DNA from: Geosiphon pyriformis uo1
Taxonomy: Eukaryota > Fungi > Glomeromycota
NCBI GenBank assembly: GCA_016748015.1
Contig: JAAOMT010000012.1
Coordinates: 1-64,000 of the forward strand
Length of the DNA: 64,000 nt
Reading direction: 5' to 3'
The notes beneath the pieces were generated by a model. It saw nothing but the letters and a program-made list of their open reading frames with translations. It had not been told where the DNA came from and made no database searches. The translations under genes were made by a program, and so were the position numbers. Shown piece by piece: positions 1 to 11,449 of the stretch (position 1 is the stretch's first letter; each line of letters opens with the position of its first letter).

Positions 1-77
1 CTTAACCCTAACCCTAACCCTAACCCTAACCCTAACCCTAACCCTAACCCTAACCCTAACCCTAACCCTAACCCTAA
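1..77. repeat. Telomeric repeat (CCCTAA)n, left chromosome end
   Basis: 12 perfect CCCTAA units from 6-77 at the very start of the sequence (C-rich strand). Confidence 0.97.
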
Positions 78-910
78 CCCTATCCCTATCCCTATCCCTA
101 TCCCTATCCCTATCCCTATCCCTATCCCTATCCCTAACCCTATCCCTATCCCTATCCCTATCCCTATCCCTATCCCTATCCCTATCCCTATCCCTATCCC
201 TATCCCTATCCCTATCCCTATCCCTATCCCTATCCCTAACCCTATCCCTATCCCTATCCCTATCCCTATCCCTATCCCTATCCCTATCCCTATCCCTATC
301 CCTATCCCTATCCCTATCCCTATCCCTAACCCTATCCCTATCCCTATCCCTATAAATATCCCTATCCCTATAAATATCCCTATAAATATCCCTATAAATA
401 TCCCTATCCCTATCCCTATCCCTATAAATATCCCTATCCCTATAAATATCCCTATCCCTATAAATATCCCTATAAATATCCCTATAAATATCCCTATCCC
501 TATAAATATCCCTATAAATATCCCTATCCCTATAAATATCCCTATCCCTATAAATATCCCTATCCCTATAAATATCCCTATAAATATCCCTATCCCTATC
601 CCTATAAATATCCTTATCCCTATAAATATCCCTATAAATATCTCTATCCCTATCCTTATAAATATCCCTATAAATATCCCTATCCCTATAAATATCCCTA
701 TCCCTATTCTTATAAATATCCCTATCCCTATTCCTATAAATATCCCTAACCCTAACCCTATCCCTATCCCTATAAATATCCCTATTCTTATTTTTATCCC
801 TATACCTATTCCTATCTCTATTCTTATTCCTATCTCTATCTCTATTCCTATTTTTATTTCTATCTCTATCTCTATCCCTATCCCTATTCTTATCCCTATT
901 CTTATTTTTA
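78..910. repeat. Telomere-variant array: (CCCTAT)n, then CCCTAT/AAATAT mosaic, then decayed units
   Basis: CCCTAT 78-353 with isolated CCCTAA at 132, 234 and 324. AAATAT units appear from 354 to ~779 in the same 6-bp register. C>T-decayed units (TCTATC, CTTATT) continue to ~910. Confidence 0.93.
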
Positions 911-1197
911 ACCAATAAACAATTAAAACCTTTTTATCAAATATAGTAGAATTAAAAAAAAAATTAAAATCTTTAAGATTAACTTGATTATTTAAAAAAA
1001 AATTTCTATCTTTTTAATTATTTAAGTTTTTCAAAAATTATATGAATATTACAATAGAAGAAAATAAAAAATAATTAAAAACAAAATTGATTAGCAATTA
1101 TTTTTTTCAAGCAATTGTTTTTTCGAAAAAGTATTAATAATTTATTTATGTCTTATCAAAATCCAGTTTTTTAATTGGTTATTACAATTAGAATTCA

Positions 1198-1322
1198 ATA
1201 TTATAAATTAATTTATAATGATAATTTATTGTAATAATAAAATTTTAATATTTTAGAATATTATAAATCAATTTATAATAATAATTTATTATAGTAATAA
1301 AATTGTAATATTTTAGAATATT
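1198..1322. repeat. 60-bp tandem duplication
   Basis: 1201-1260 and 1261-1320 are near-identical (ttataaattaatttataatgataatttatt... ttttagaata). Confidence 0.8.
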
Positions 1323-3120
1323 CTAAATTAAAATTTATTAGTTATAAAAATTTTTATTACTTATAATAATATTTATTAATATTTATATAAATTATATTTT
1401 GAAGAATCAATTTTTCCCTTAATTTTTGATTTTTATATCATTAATAAAAGTCTTTAGATTAAAAGTTTTTTGAATATAATAAATAAAAAACTTATCATTT
1501 ATAAAAAATTCAGGTTTTGAGATTATTGAATTTTATACTTTGTTATACTATAACATGTTAGTATCTTGTATTTTTTCTTTTTTTATAAACAGATTTATTT
1601 ACTTTGTATTTGCTAATTTTTTTTGAGATGTATATTTTTTTATTATAAAATGCTTTCCATTAATTATATCTAAAATAGTTTTCTAGTAAATGATAACAAA
1701 ACTATAGATATTCTTATTCTTATTATAAAGGTCTCATTACAAATCTTAAGTGCTAGATATTCAATAATTCCATAAATTTGGCTAACTGTGGATAATAATT
1801 TATTAAATACAACTTTTAAGAATTATTTATAATAATTAAAAATTCCATGTTGTGCCTAATTTTTTTGACTAACTTATATAAACAAGCTGCCAGTAAACCT
1901 GTTTAAATAGATTAAATCAAGTGAATTAAATCAATTATTTATTTAAAAATATAAATATTTACTGACATTTGAACTTTCTATTATATAAATTAAGATAGGA
2001 ATAGGTTTCTATAGAATAGAATTTATTTAAAATTTGTGCTCAATTTTATTCAAGTTTTTAAATTAGATAGTTAATTATTTGTCAATTATCAATACTTTTC
2101 TAATTCTTTATTATTTGTTGTCTATTGCTAAATCCCTATTTTTTTTTAGTATCTAATATTAAAACTAGACTAAAAATGTAATCTTGAATATTTAGAGACT
2201 GTGATTTAAGTAAACAGTCATGTTTCTAAATTCTATATTACAACAGAAAGTATATGTATTGGCTATATCTAGTGGTTTTTCATTTTTTTTACATTATTCA
2301 GTCTAGTATATTAATTTTTTTCTGAATACGAGATATGGATGTTATGTTCTTAATGACTAATCTATCTGTAACTATTTATATTGTTTTTTTAGACAAAGAG
2401 GAAAGTTAAATTAAATATTATAATAAATCCTATAGTTTTAAGGAAGATGTGAATTTAATTTTCATACTAATTGTATTTAGCTATTTTAAAATAACAGAGT
2501 TAAAAAAAATAAGTCATAAAGATTTGCATAATAATATAAAAAATTTTCAGAAAGTACTAATATTTTAAAAAGTGATACTTTGTTTTTAATCACTACATAT
2601 TAATTGATTTTACTTTTGTATTTTTGTATTCTTGTTTTGGCATTTTTGTGTAAAAAACAAACATGTAATTTTTGATCTCAAAATCAACAACTTAGAGGCA
2701 GTAATATATATAAAGAGGTATTTTCTGCTTTTAAACAAAATTTTATTTTATATAAAATTAATTTTATCTTTATTAGTAATAAATTACTAATGTCTCCCAA
2801 CTTATGAACCTAATAGTAATAATTAGTATAATTAATGACTCACTATTTACAACTTACAAATTCAAAGAACACTAAAAAAATTTAAGAGATTTATTATTGT
2901 TTCCAGTCGTACTAATAATTATAATAGGTATCTAAGATTAAAAGCTTCTAATTGATAAAACAATCTAAGTAAAAGTGTTAACATATCTTTTCTAACTCTA
3001 AGTATTGGATGAGAAAGAAAAGCATTTTTTACTAGAAAAACTTCAATCTTAACTGAAGAAATTCAACCAAGTACAGAGTTTCCAACTTCTTTATATTGCC
3101 AAATGTGATGTTTTCTAATT

Positions 3121-3390
3121 ACTGTACACGTACTTATTCTGCCAAATATCTGTTTTTACTTATAGTTTATAATATAAATTGTTATATCTCTGTGTATGTA
3201 CTCATTCTGCTGAATGTCTGCTTCCACTAATGATCAATAACATAAATTGTTATATCTCTGTATATGTATCTATTTTGTTGAATGTCTGTTTTTACTTATG
3301 GTTAATAACATGAATTGTTATTTAATCTTTATACTTGCCATATTTCAACTAAATGTCTGTTTTCACTTATGGTTATTGATATGTATTATG
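3121..3390. repeat. ~69-bp tandem repeat, ~4 copies
   Basis: Recurring gtacttattctgctgaatgtctgttttcacttatggtcaataacataaattgttatatctct-like units at ~3121, 3191, 3260 and 3329. Confidence 0.8.
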
Positions 3391-3511
3391 GATTAAACTA
3401 TTCTTATCTACTATTTAGTAAAACTACAGCTAACAGAACAGACTTGACAAAATTAGCAAGAAAAAAAAATCTTATTAAGCTTGACTTTAATTTGATATTA
3501 ACAATTAATGG

Positions 3512-3916
3512 ATAACTACTGCCTACCAATAATTCACAAATTCAAAAGTAAATTAATCACTACTTACCAAAAATACGTGAATTCAACATTTGAATAGTCA
3601 TTATCTATTAATAATTTGTAATTTAATATTTGAATATAATTACTTACCAATATTTTGCAACTTAACATTTGAATAATTACTGGTCATCAAAAATGTGCAA
3701 ATTCAATATTTAAATATAACTATTACTCACCAATAATTCAAGTCAATATTTGATAACCACCACTCACTAAAAATACACAAATTCAATATTTGAATAACTA
3801 TCACTCACTAATAATACTCAACTCAACATTTGAATAACTATTAACTACCAATAATTTGCATTTCAACATTCAAATTACCACACTCATCAGTAATTTGCAA
3901 TTCAATATTTGAATAG
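3512..3916. repeat. ~40-bp tandem repeat, ~10 copies
   Basis: Core (a)attcaayatttgaat recurs at ~3580, 3621, 3660, 3700, 3741, 3780, 3821, 3861 and 3899. The intervening parts (actcaccaataat-like) are also similar to each other. Confidence 0.85.
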
Positions 3917-6779
3917 CCAATGAATATGAAATAAAAATTCATGAACAATTGATCATTAAATAACTGAATTAAATTTTAGGATTAAGTAGTAAGGAATTGA
4001 TAATTGTTAGTCTGTTATTTATGCCTTGTAAAAATAAAGAGTGGAAAAGAGGTAATTTAAGATTTCTTATAAAAGTGAAAAATAAAAGAGAGTAGTTTTA
4101 GTTTAACATTTTTTATAAGAGTGAAGAGTGAAAAAAAGTAGTCATATTTGTTAATTATCTTTTCTATATCTATCTAGTCTATAAAGAAATTGTTCACTTA
4201 TTGTCAATTTTGATAAACTCTTATTATTTACTATTTATTGTTTAAGTCTATTGAAATTTAATTCAGAAATTTGAAATAATTAATATAAAATATTTAAAAA
4301 ACTTAATATATAATATACTATTGTAATTAATATATATATATTTTTAAATGATAATAGTTTGGTAATAACTTTAAAAATTGCTAATATTGGCTTAAGTCTA
4401 AGCAATAATAACTTTATTTTTAAACCACTAGTTAAATATTTTTGAAACTTTTTTTACACAAGTTCGGATTTAAATATTAAAATTTAGACAATATTAAGCA
4501 TATTTAATATACTTTTTTACCATGTAAACCAAAAACTTTTTGCTCTTGCTATTAAAATATATTAATTTGATCAACTGTAAATGAAAAATTTAGTGTTTTC
4601 AAAAAAAAATAATAAGTAAAAATACTTGCTAAAAATTATGTTCAGTCTGGTTATTTAATATATTTTTATTATATAAAAATTTTGATTTATTATTTAAAAG
4701 TTATTAATGCTTAAGTGACTTTAATATATCTTAAAATATTATTGTCAAAACTGATCATATGCAATAATTCTTAGGTCAAATAGACAAAAGTTTTATTGTC
4801 ATATAAAATCTAATATCTAAATCTTTTAAATTAAGTTTTATTTTAATTAATTATGAATTTTTATTTATTTATGCAAAAGTAATTTTTTTAATGCTCAAAT
4901 TATTCTTGGTACTTTCTAAATTTGATGAAAGAAATATATTCAAAATTTTGGGTATAATAATACAGAGATTAATATTATAAACTTGTGTTATAGTAATTTT
5001 TCGCATAAAAGTTTAATATTTAAAACAGTTTTGAAAACAAATAATTTTTATGATCATTAATTTATTTTAGTTTAATATATTTATTTTATTAATTTCTTTT
5101 TAAATTATTTTGGTTATCTGTTAACTTGTTACTTCAATTTATAATAATACAATTTTAGCAAAAATTTTAATTTTAATTAAAAATATAAAAAATCTGTGAA
5201 ACTATTCTTAAACTTTGCAAAATTGTAAAAAGTATTTAAAATGACTGTTTTTTTTTTCTAATATTTTTTATAAGCTATGCTATTTTAAATAATTAATATT
5301 ATATTTGTAATATAAATAAAATTTTCTTTAGAGGTAAAATTTTAAAATTTATTAAATTAGCACAAGAGTCTATTTAGTCAGCCAAAGTTTAAGATTAAAG
5401 AAATTAAAAAATTGATACACAAGTTAACTCTTCATGGCTAGAAAATCATGTATAAAAATTTTTTTGTTATAGCAATCGAAATTAAAGCACTATAATACAT
5501 AATAAATTATAATTGAGACAAATATTAAATATAAAAAATATTAAAAAAACTTATCTTAATTTAGTATGCTCTTTAATTAAGCATTATTTAATTTACTAGC
5601 AAATTATAAAGTTGAATAAATAAAAAGTTATTAATTAATTAAAATATTATTATTTATTCATTAGTATTAAAAATAAATAACATAGAATATGTAAAAAAAG
5701 TATTTGGATAAAAATTCATATTATCTAGATTTGCTATGCTCTTTCTAATTTAAATTCAATTAGATCAAATAATTCAAGAAATTTTGACAATTCTAACATT
5801 ATAACAATTTGAATCATATTTATCATAAAGCTAAAAATTCTTTTTAGTGATTTTTCTTAAGTAATTGATTAGCCATCCAACTTTTTTAACTTAAATTTTA
5901 TTAGAATTTTTAAAGCATAGTTAAGAGAAACATAAAAAAAGGTTTCAAAAAAATTTATGAAGAGGAAAATATCTTGTACAATATTTGATTTAATTTAATA
6001 AAGTATGTAAAAAAAATAGCATTATTTATTTAAACTTGTAATTTAAAACTTTACAATATATAATATTACTATTTTATTTGTTAATTAAAAAATTATATAC
6101 AAATATTTAAAAAAATATATAAAAGTTATTTTTATTTATTTTAATTTCTTAAAGACACAAGTTAAATAGTTTAAAATTTTCTATTTACTTAAAATAACAT
6201 TATTTTTTATAAGAGTTTAACAAAGAAACTGGTTATAATATTTTTTATTTCAATTATAGGACTTTTTTGATAATGATTTGTATCAAAAAAATTATTTTAA
6301 AAATTTTTATTCTTGGTTAAAATATTTAGTGTTTTATAATATTTAAAATATTATAATCTATGTTTAAAATTTTCAAGACTTTCATTAAAACTTAAAATAT
6401 AATAAAATTTATGAATCAATTGATAATTTATGTTGATAATTAATATAAAATTTTATTAAATTACTTTATAAGATTTGTGATTTAAATAAAATAAAAATAT
6501 TTTTAAATTTTTAATAAATTAAAATTGCTAAATTGTTTTTTAAAAAATTAAAATTTAGGATCTATTTTTGTATGATTTAATAAATAATTAAAAATCTTTT
6601 GATTCTTTTTTTTAATAAATAAACATGAATTAAAATAATTAACAGAATTTTTAGAAAATTAAAATTAAGACTTTATAGAAATTTTAAGCCTTAAAGCTTT
6701 TTTTAAATGTAGATTTAAATTTTTTAATACATATTTATAAAAAAGTATAGATAAATATTACTAAACTATTTTTAAGACT

Positions 6780-8450
6780 TCTAATGTCAAGTTAATAAGA
6801 TTTGCAATTTGTATTGAAACAGTTAAAACAATTTTTGAAAAATAATATATCTGAGTTAACAAAGTTTATTAAAAAAGTATAAATTCATATTCATATTATT
6901 ACTTTCAAATATATTTGCTATAGAATATAACTCTCAAAATAAATTTTCATTTTATAAAGATGTAATTTTTAAGAAGTTTGACCTATTATGAAGTTTTATA
7001 GTATCACAAAAACTCTAGGAAAAGATAATTTTTAAGTTATCAAATACAAATTTTTTCTAAAATATTAAAAAAAGTTTTTAGATTACAATAAATAGTCGAA
7101 AAGACTACATACTTGTTTTAGAATATACAAACAGAAAAACTATAAATAAATATTTAAATTAAACTTTTCTAAAATAAAGATTGTAAAAAAATTATGGCTT
7201 GCAAAAAAACCAATCTGGGAGATTTTCTGTTTTCATAAAGAAATGTTATTCATAGAGATTTAGTAAGTAAAAGATATATAATTAAAAAGCAGAAGATATT
7301 ATTTAATTATTTGATTTTTAAATTTTCTAAAAAGAATTCTTTAAATATTATAGTTCACTATAATTCTATAAATTGTGAATCTTGGCCTTTTTAAAATTAG
7401 AAAAACTTATTGTAAAAGTTTTATTGGTTTATGGACAATTAACATATATTGAACTATAATGCTTTAAGAATTCTCAATATATATGAAATAAAAAATTTGA
7501 TACATATATACTGAAAGTGCTTTTATAAAAGCTATTAAGTAGATATTCTTTATTATTGAAAATAACTTAAAAAAAACCCAATTTAAAAACTTCTGCCAAA
7601 TATGTTCAATTTTACACTGAATGTTGAAATAAATTACCATAAAGTTGCCTATTTATAATTGAAATAATTAATTGTCTTAATGAAATTGAATAGCAATTCA
7701 GTTTTTCTTTTTAAAAAACATTGAATCTGAGAAAACATCCAGTAATTTCAATTTTAACAGATTAATTTCAATCATAAAAACTCTTTAATATAATTAAAAA
7801 ACCATTCAATATCATCAAAAAAAAGTTTGTTGCTTGATAATTATTTAAAAATTGTTAATACAATAAAATAATATCTTAAAAGCAATAAAAAAACACCTAA
7901 AAATATTTTGTTTATTTAAGTAATAACACTATAAAAACCTCTATTTACTATATTTTACTTAGGTTTTCTTTAGTATATAAAGTTAAAACAAAGCTTGAAT
8001 TAATAAAAGTATTTCTAAAATTTTAGAAACAACAAATATCAAGAATTTTCTTAAAGAATGCCAATTTTATTAAAATAACAATAATTCAAAAAAAATTGTT
8101 TAAGATATAATTAAAGCATTTAAACTTTTTTTAATAATAACAGAAGTAAATAATAAAAATATACAGCAAAATCTTGCAATTTGTTATAATAATAGATAAA
8201 AAACAATAAAAAATGATAAAAAAACATAAAACTATATTTAAAAGCTGCAATAATAAGACATAAAAAAGCATAATAATATCTTAAATAGTGTTATTTAAAT
8301 AGATAAAAAACAACAAAAAATAAGAAAAAAGTATTTAAATTTTATTTAAAAACAACAAAAATAGCAAATTAAATACACAATACCAACTTGTATTTTGTTA
8401 TAAAAAAAATTAATATGCAACAGAATATCTTGGAGACTATTAATTTTTAT
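6780..8450 (+). pseudogene. Decayed TKL/tyrosine-kinase-like kinase + SEL1 repeat gene (may extend upstream to ~5150)
   Basis: Relics of YILVLEY (~7108), VIHRDL followed by a gtaag intron donor (~7245-7267), NIIVH (~7345), YIE-Q-C and K-D-Y-LGVLL-like segments (~7445-7540), then SEL1-like Q-NLAICY segments (~8165, ~8385). Many stops and frameshifts. Confidence 0.65.
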
Positions 8451-9174
8451 CAAAAAATTACAAAACCAAAAAAATTTAGATTTTTTTAAAAATTACTTGG
8501 TCTGAATTTTGTCCAAATATTTAACATTCTAATTTTATTTTATTTTAAAATTTTTATAATCCAATCTTATAAGTTTGGAAGTTGGCCAAATTCCAAATAG
8601 TATATACTTAATCTAAATTCATTATTTAATTAATAATTTAATAAAAATAATACTGCTATATAATTGTAATAATAAAATAAATACTAATTATATTATAATT
8701 ATATACTATTTTTTACATAAATAATGTATTTAATATAATTAAAAAGAATAATAAAGTTTTTATTTATTTTTATGTTTATGTTTTTATAATAACAACAAAT
8801 TTAGTAACAATATAATATTTTAAAAATAATTAAGTTTTAAATTCATAATTTCAACAATAATATTTAAATATTTAAATATTTAATATTTATTTTAAGACCA
8901 ATATTAAAATATAAAATTTTTAATATTAATAACTAAATTTTAAAATTTAAAATTATTCCACAATATTTTAAAGTCTTTATTTTATAATAAAAAACGATTT
9001 ATATTTTAATGTTAAAATATATAAAAAATAATAACAAATAATTATATTTTAATAAACACATTAATGAATATTGCACAATATAATAACAATTATAGTACAT
9101 AGAACATAAATTTATACAGATCTAACACAAACCAAACATATATTAAGCTATATTATCCCAATATACAAAACATC

Positions 9175-10560
9175 ATAGGAGCATTAAAGATATTAAACAA
9201 GTATTGAAAAAAGTTAAGACTAAGTATAAAAAATATGCCAAGAAGCTAGAGAAATTTATGAAGAATGAGAAAAGAAATAGGTTAAAAGAATTAAAGAAAA
9301 ATCTGAAAGAGAAGAAAAATGTAGATAAAAAGCAAAAGAAGAAGTAGAAAAAGAAAAAGAGTTGGAAGAAGCAAATAATTAAAAATAGAAAAGAACAAAT
9401 GGAAAACATAAATGCAAAAACTACAAAATGTTTTGATAGAAATAACAAGATAGATAACGACTTTATGACTTGTGACTTGGGTGTTAGGAACAGAGTTTAT
9501 GACTTTAAATACTGACTTTGACTTATGTGTATTGCTTTTTTGCAACTTCAATATTCTTAAATGTTGTTTTACTTGTAGAAATCAAATCTCCTCCAAAAAA
9601 ACTATACAAAAGTATTGTAATTTTTAACACAGATTTATACATCAATGTTGATAGTTCTTCAGTTTTAACAATTTGAACAATAGAACCTGAAAACACTAAG
9701 TTCATGTGTGCAAACCTTATTTAGCCATTTGATACTCTGCCAAACTTATGTTGGCCAGTTGCTAAACTTTATTAATGCACTTTTTTTTGCAAAGCTTCTT
9801 ATGGTTAACTACTCGAACTTAGCAAAAATATGATCTTGATTTTCATATTAGCTGTTTTTAATCTATTCATAATTGACAATATTATCTTATTTTGACAATG
9901 GTCAGTTTCAACAACTTTATGGCTATTTCTATTTTAATAAAATAGATAGGGAGAGTAAATTAGCATTTATGATTAAGCATGTTTTTTTAAAATGGAGTTT
10001 ACCAAAATTGTAACCAAAGAAGATATGATTACATCCATAGGTTTATTAATTATATGTTATCTGAAATTTCTCTGTCATAGCTTTAATTTTTGAATCAAAT
10101 TTTCTAGTAATACAACTGAGACATATGTATTATTTTGTGTGCTGTTTTTAGTGTTTATTAGTTTTTGTTTTAATGTCTAACTTCAACAGCAACAAAAATT
10201 CTAGATCTAATCTTCTTGGATATGTTAAAAATATACAAGTAATAAAAATTGAAATAAAGACTGCACAAAACAAGTTAGAAAGTGCCAAAAAAAAACTCAA
10301 ATAATTTTAAAGAGTATGAATATGTTCTTATTGATTTTGAGTATAGAGATAAAACAAACAAAGAATTCTACATTTTATTAACAGATTGAAATGATAGCAC
10401 ATGTAATGAGAATAATTCCTACATAACTCTTTCAAATATGTATAAATTAGGTATATTATTAATACAATGTTCTCTAATAATATACAGAACTTAATAAGCA
10501 AATAAAAAAAAATATGCTAAAAGCAAATACAGCATTCCAAAACTTATAAATTGCTTAATT
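9175..10560 (+). pseudogene. Decayed Crinkler-like coiled-coil + kinase gene, paralog of the 29903-31033 gene
   Basis: 9235-9370 aligns by eye with exon 1 of the 31033 gene (KLEKFMKNEKRNRLKELKKNLKEK vs KLEKFMEGEKGDRLEELKKNLREK). Intron-like segment ends ...cttgtag at ~9578. Kinase-like YVLIDFEY at ~10321 and an SNMYKLGI (D-Y-LG) motif at ~10432. Confidence 0.7.
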
Positions 10561-11449
10561 TAAGTTATAAATAACATATTTGATAAAATGATCTTTATTT
10601 GTTAATATATATATAGCTTTAGAATGCTACAATATTATTGATAAAAATAAAATAAAAGCAAATAAAACTTTTCTGTATTTTTAATTAGTAAATAATATAT
10701 ATAGTTTTATTATATTATTAAGAATTTTTTTGACAAAAGTAATAAGACTGGTTAAATTTAGAATTGATACATTATAAATGTTTAAAGAAAAAAATATGCT
10801 GGTTCCTAAACTTTTTGCTTAATAAGAATGACAGTTCCTTCTTGTTTACATATAATTAATGCACAAATATTTTTTTACAGTAAAAATTGGTAATTATTTA
10901 TTTAAATAAATTGATATTAATATTATATATAATTGAAAATTTGTCTGGCATAAAGTAAATAACACTTTATTTTTACATGTATATTTCTGAAATTTATGTA
11001 TTAAAACACTTAGCTTTTCTTATTCTGAAATATTGACTATAGCAGTATTGATGTAAATACAAACTTGTGAAATTTTTTTTTCTAATATATTATCAAATAA
11101 AGCTTTAAAAAACTTTCTTCAATAGCAATTAATTTATATTTTATCTCTTATTTTTTGTCTTTTATTCAAATCATAGAAAACAAAAAAATTAATAAAAAAT
11201 GTCTATATGCTCATAATTACAACAAGTGTGAATTTTGTCAAGAGAGTATTCAATAGATGTAGTGTCATATTTTTTGAAAAACTTTTCAAATAGTTGATAA
11301 ATAATAATAATTATTGAAATATTTTTATAAGATATATATTTGAATAAATTTAATATATGATAAAACTTTAACTATATTAATTATAGTATTTATTATATTT
11401 TATTTTTTAATATAATAAAATATACTTTTATTTATTCATAAATTTATTA

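Noticed and set aside
3512-3916. CRISPR-like regular array
   Set aside because: The intervening segments resemble each other, the core is degenerate, and the context is eukaryotic with no cas genes. It is a minisatellite.
5150-6780. MLKL-like N-terminal domain plus first kinase upstream of the 6780 pseudogene
   Set aside because: Only faint coding-like patches, too eroded to call.
9173-9705. Minus-strand Phe-rich membrane-protein-like ORFs (also 30687-30983, 13237-13491)
   Set aside because: Antisense shadows of purine-rich coiled-coil or SEL1 coding sequence.
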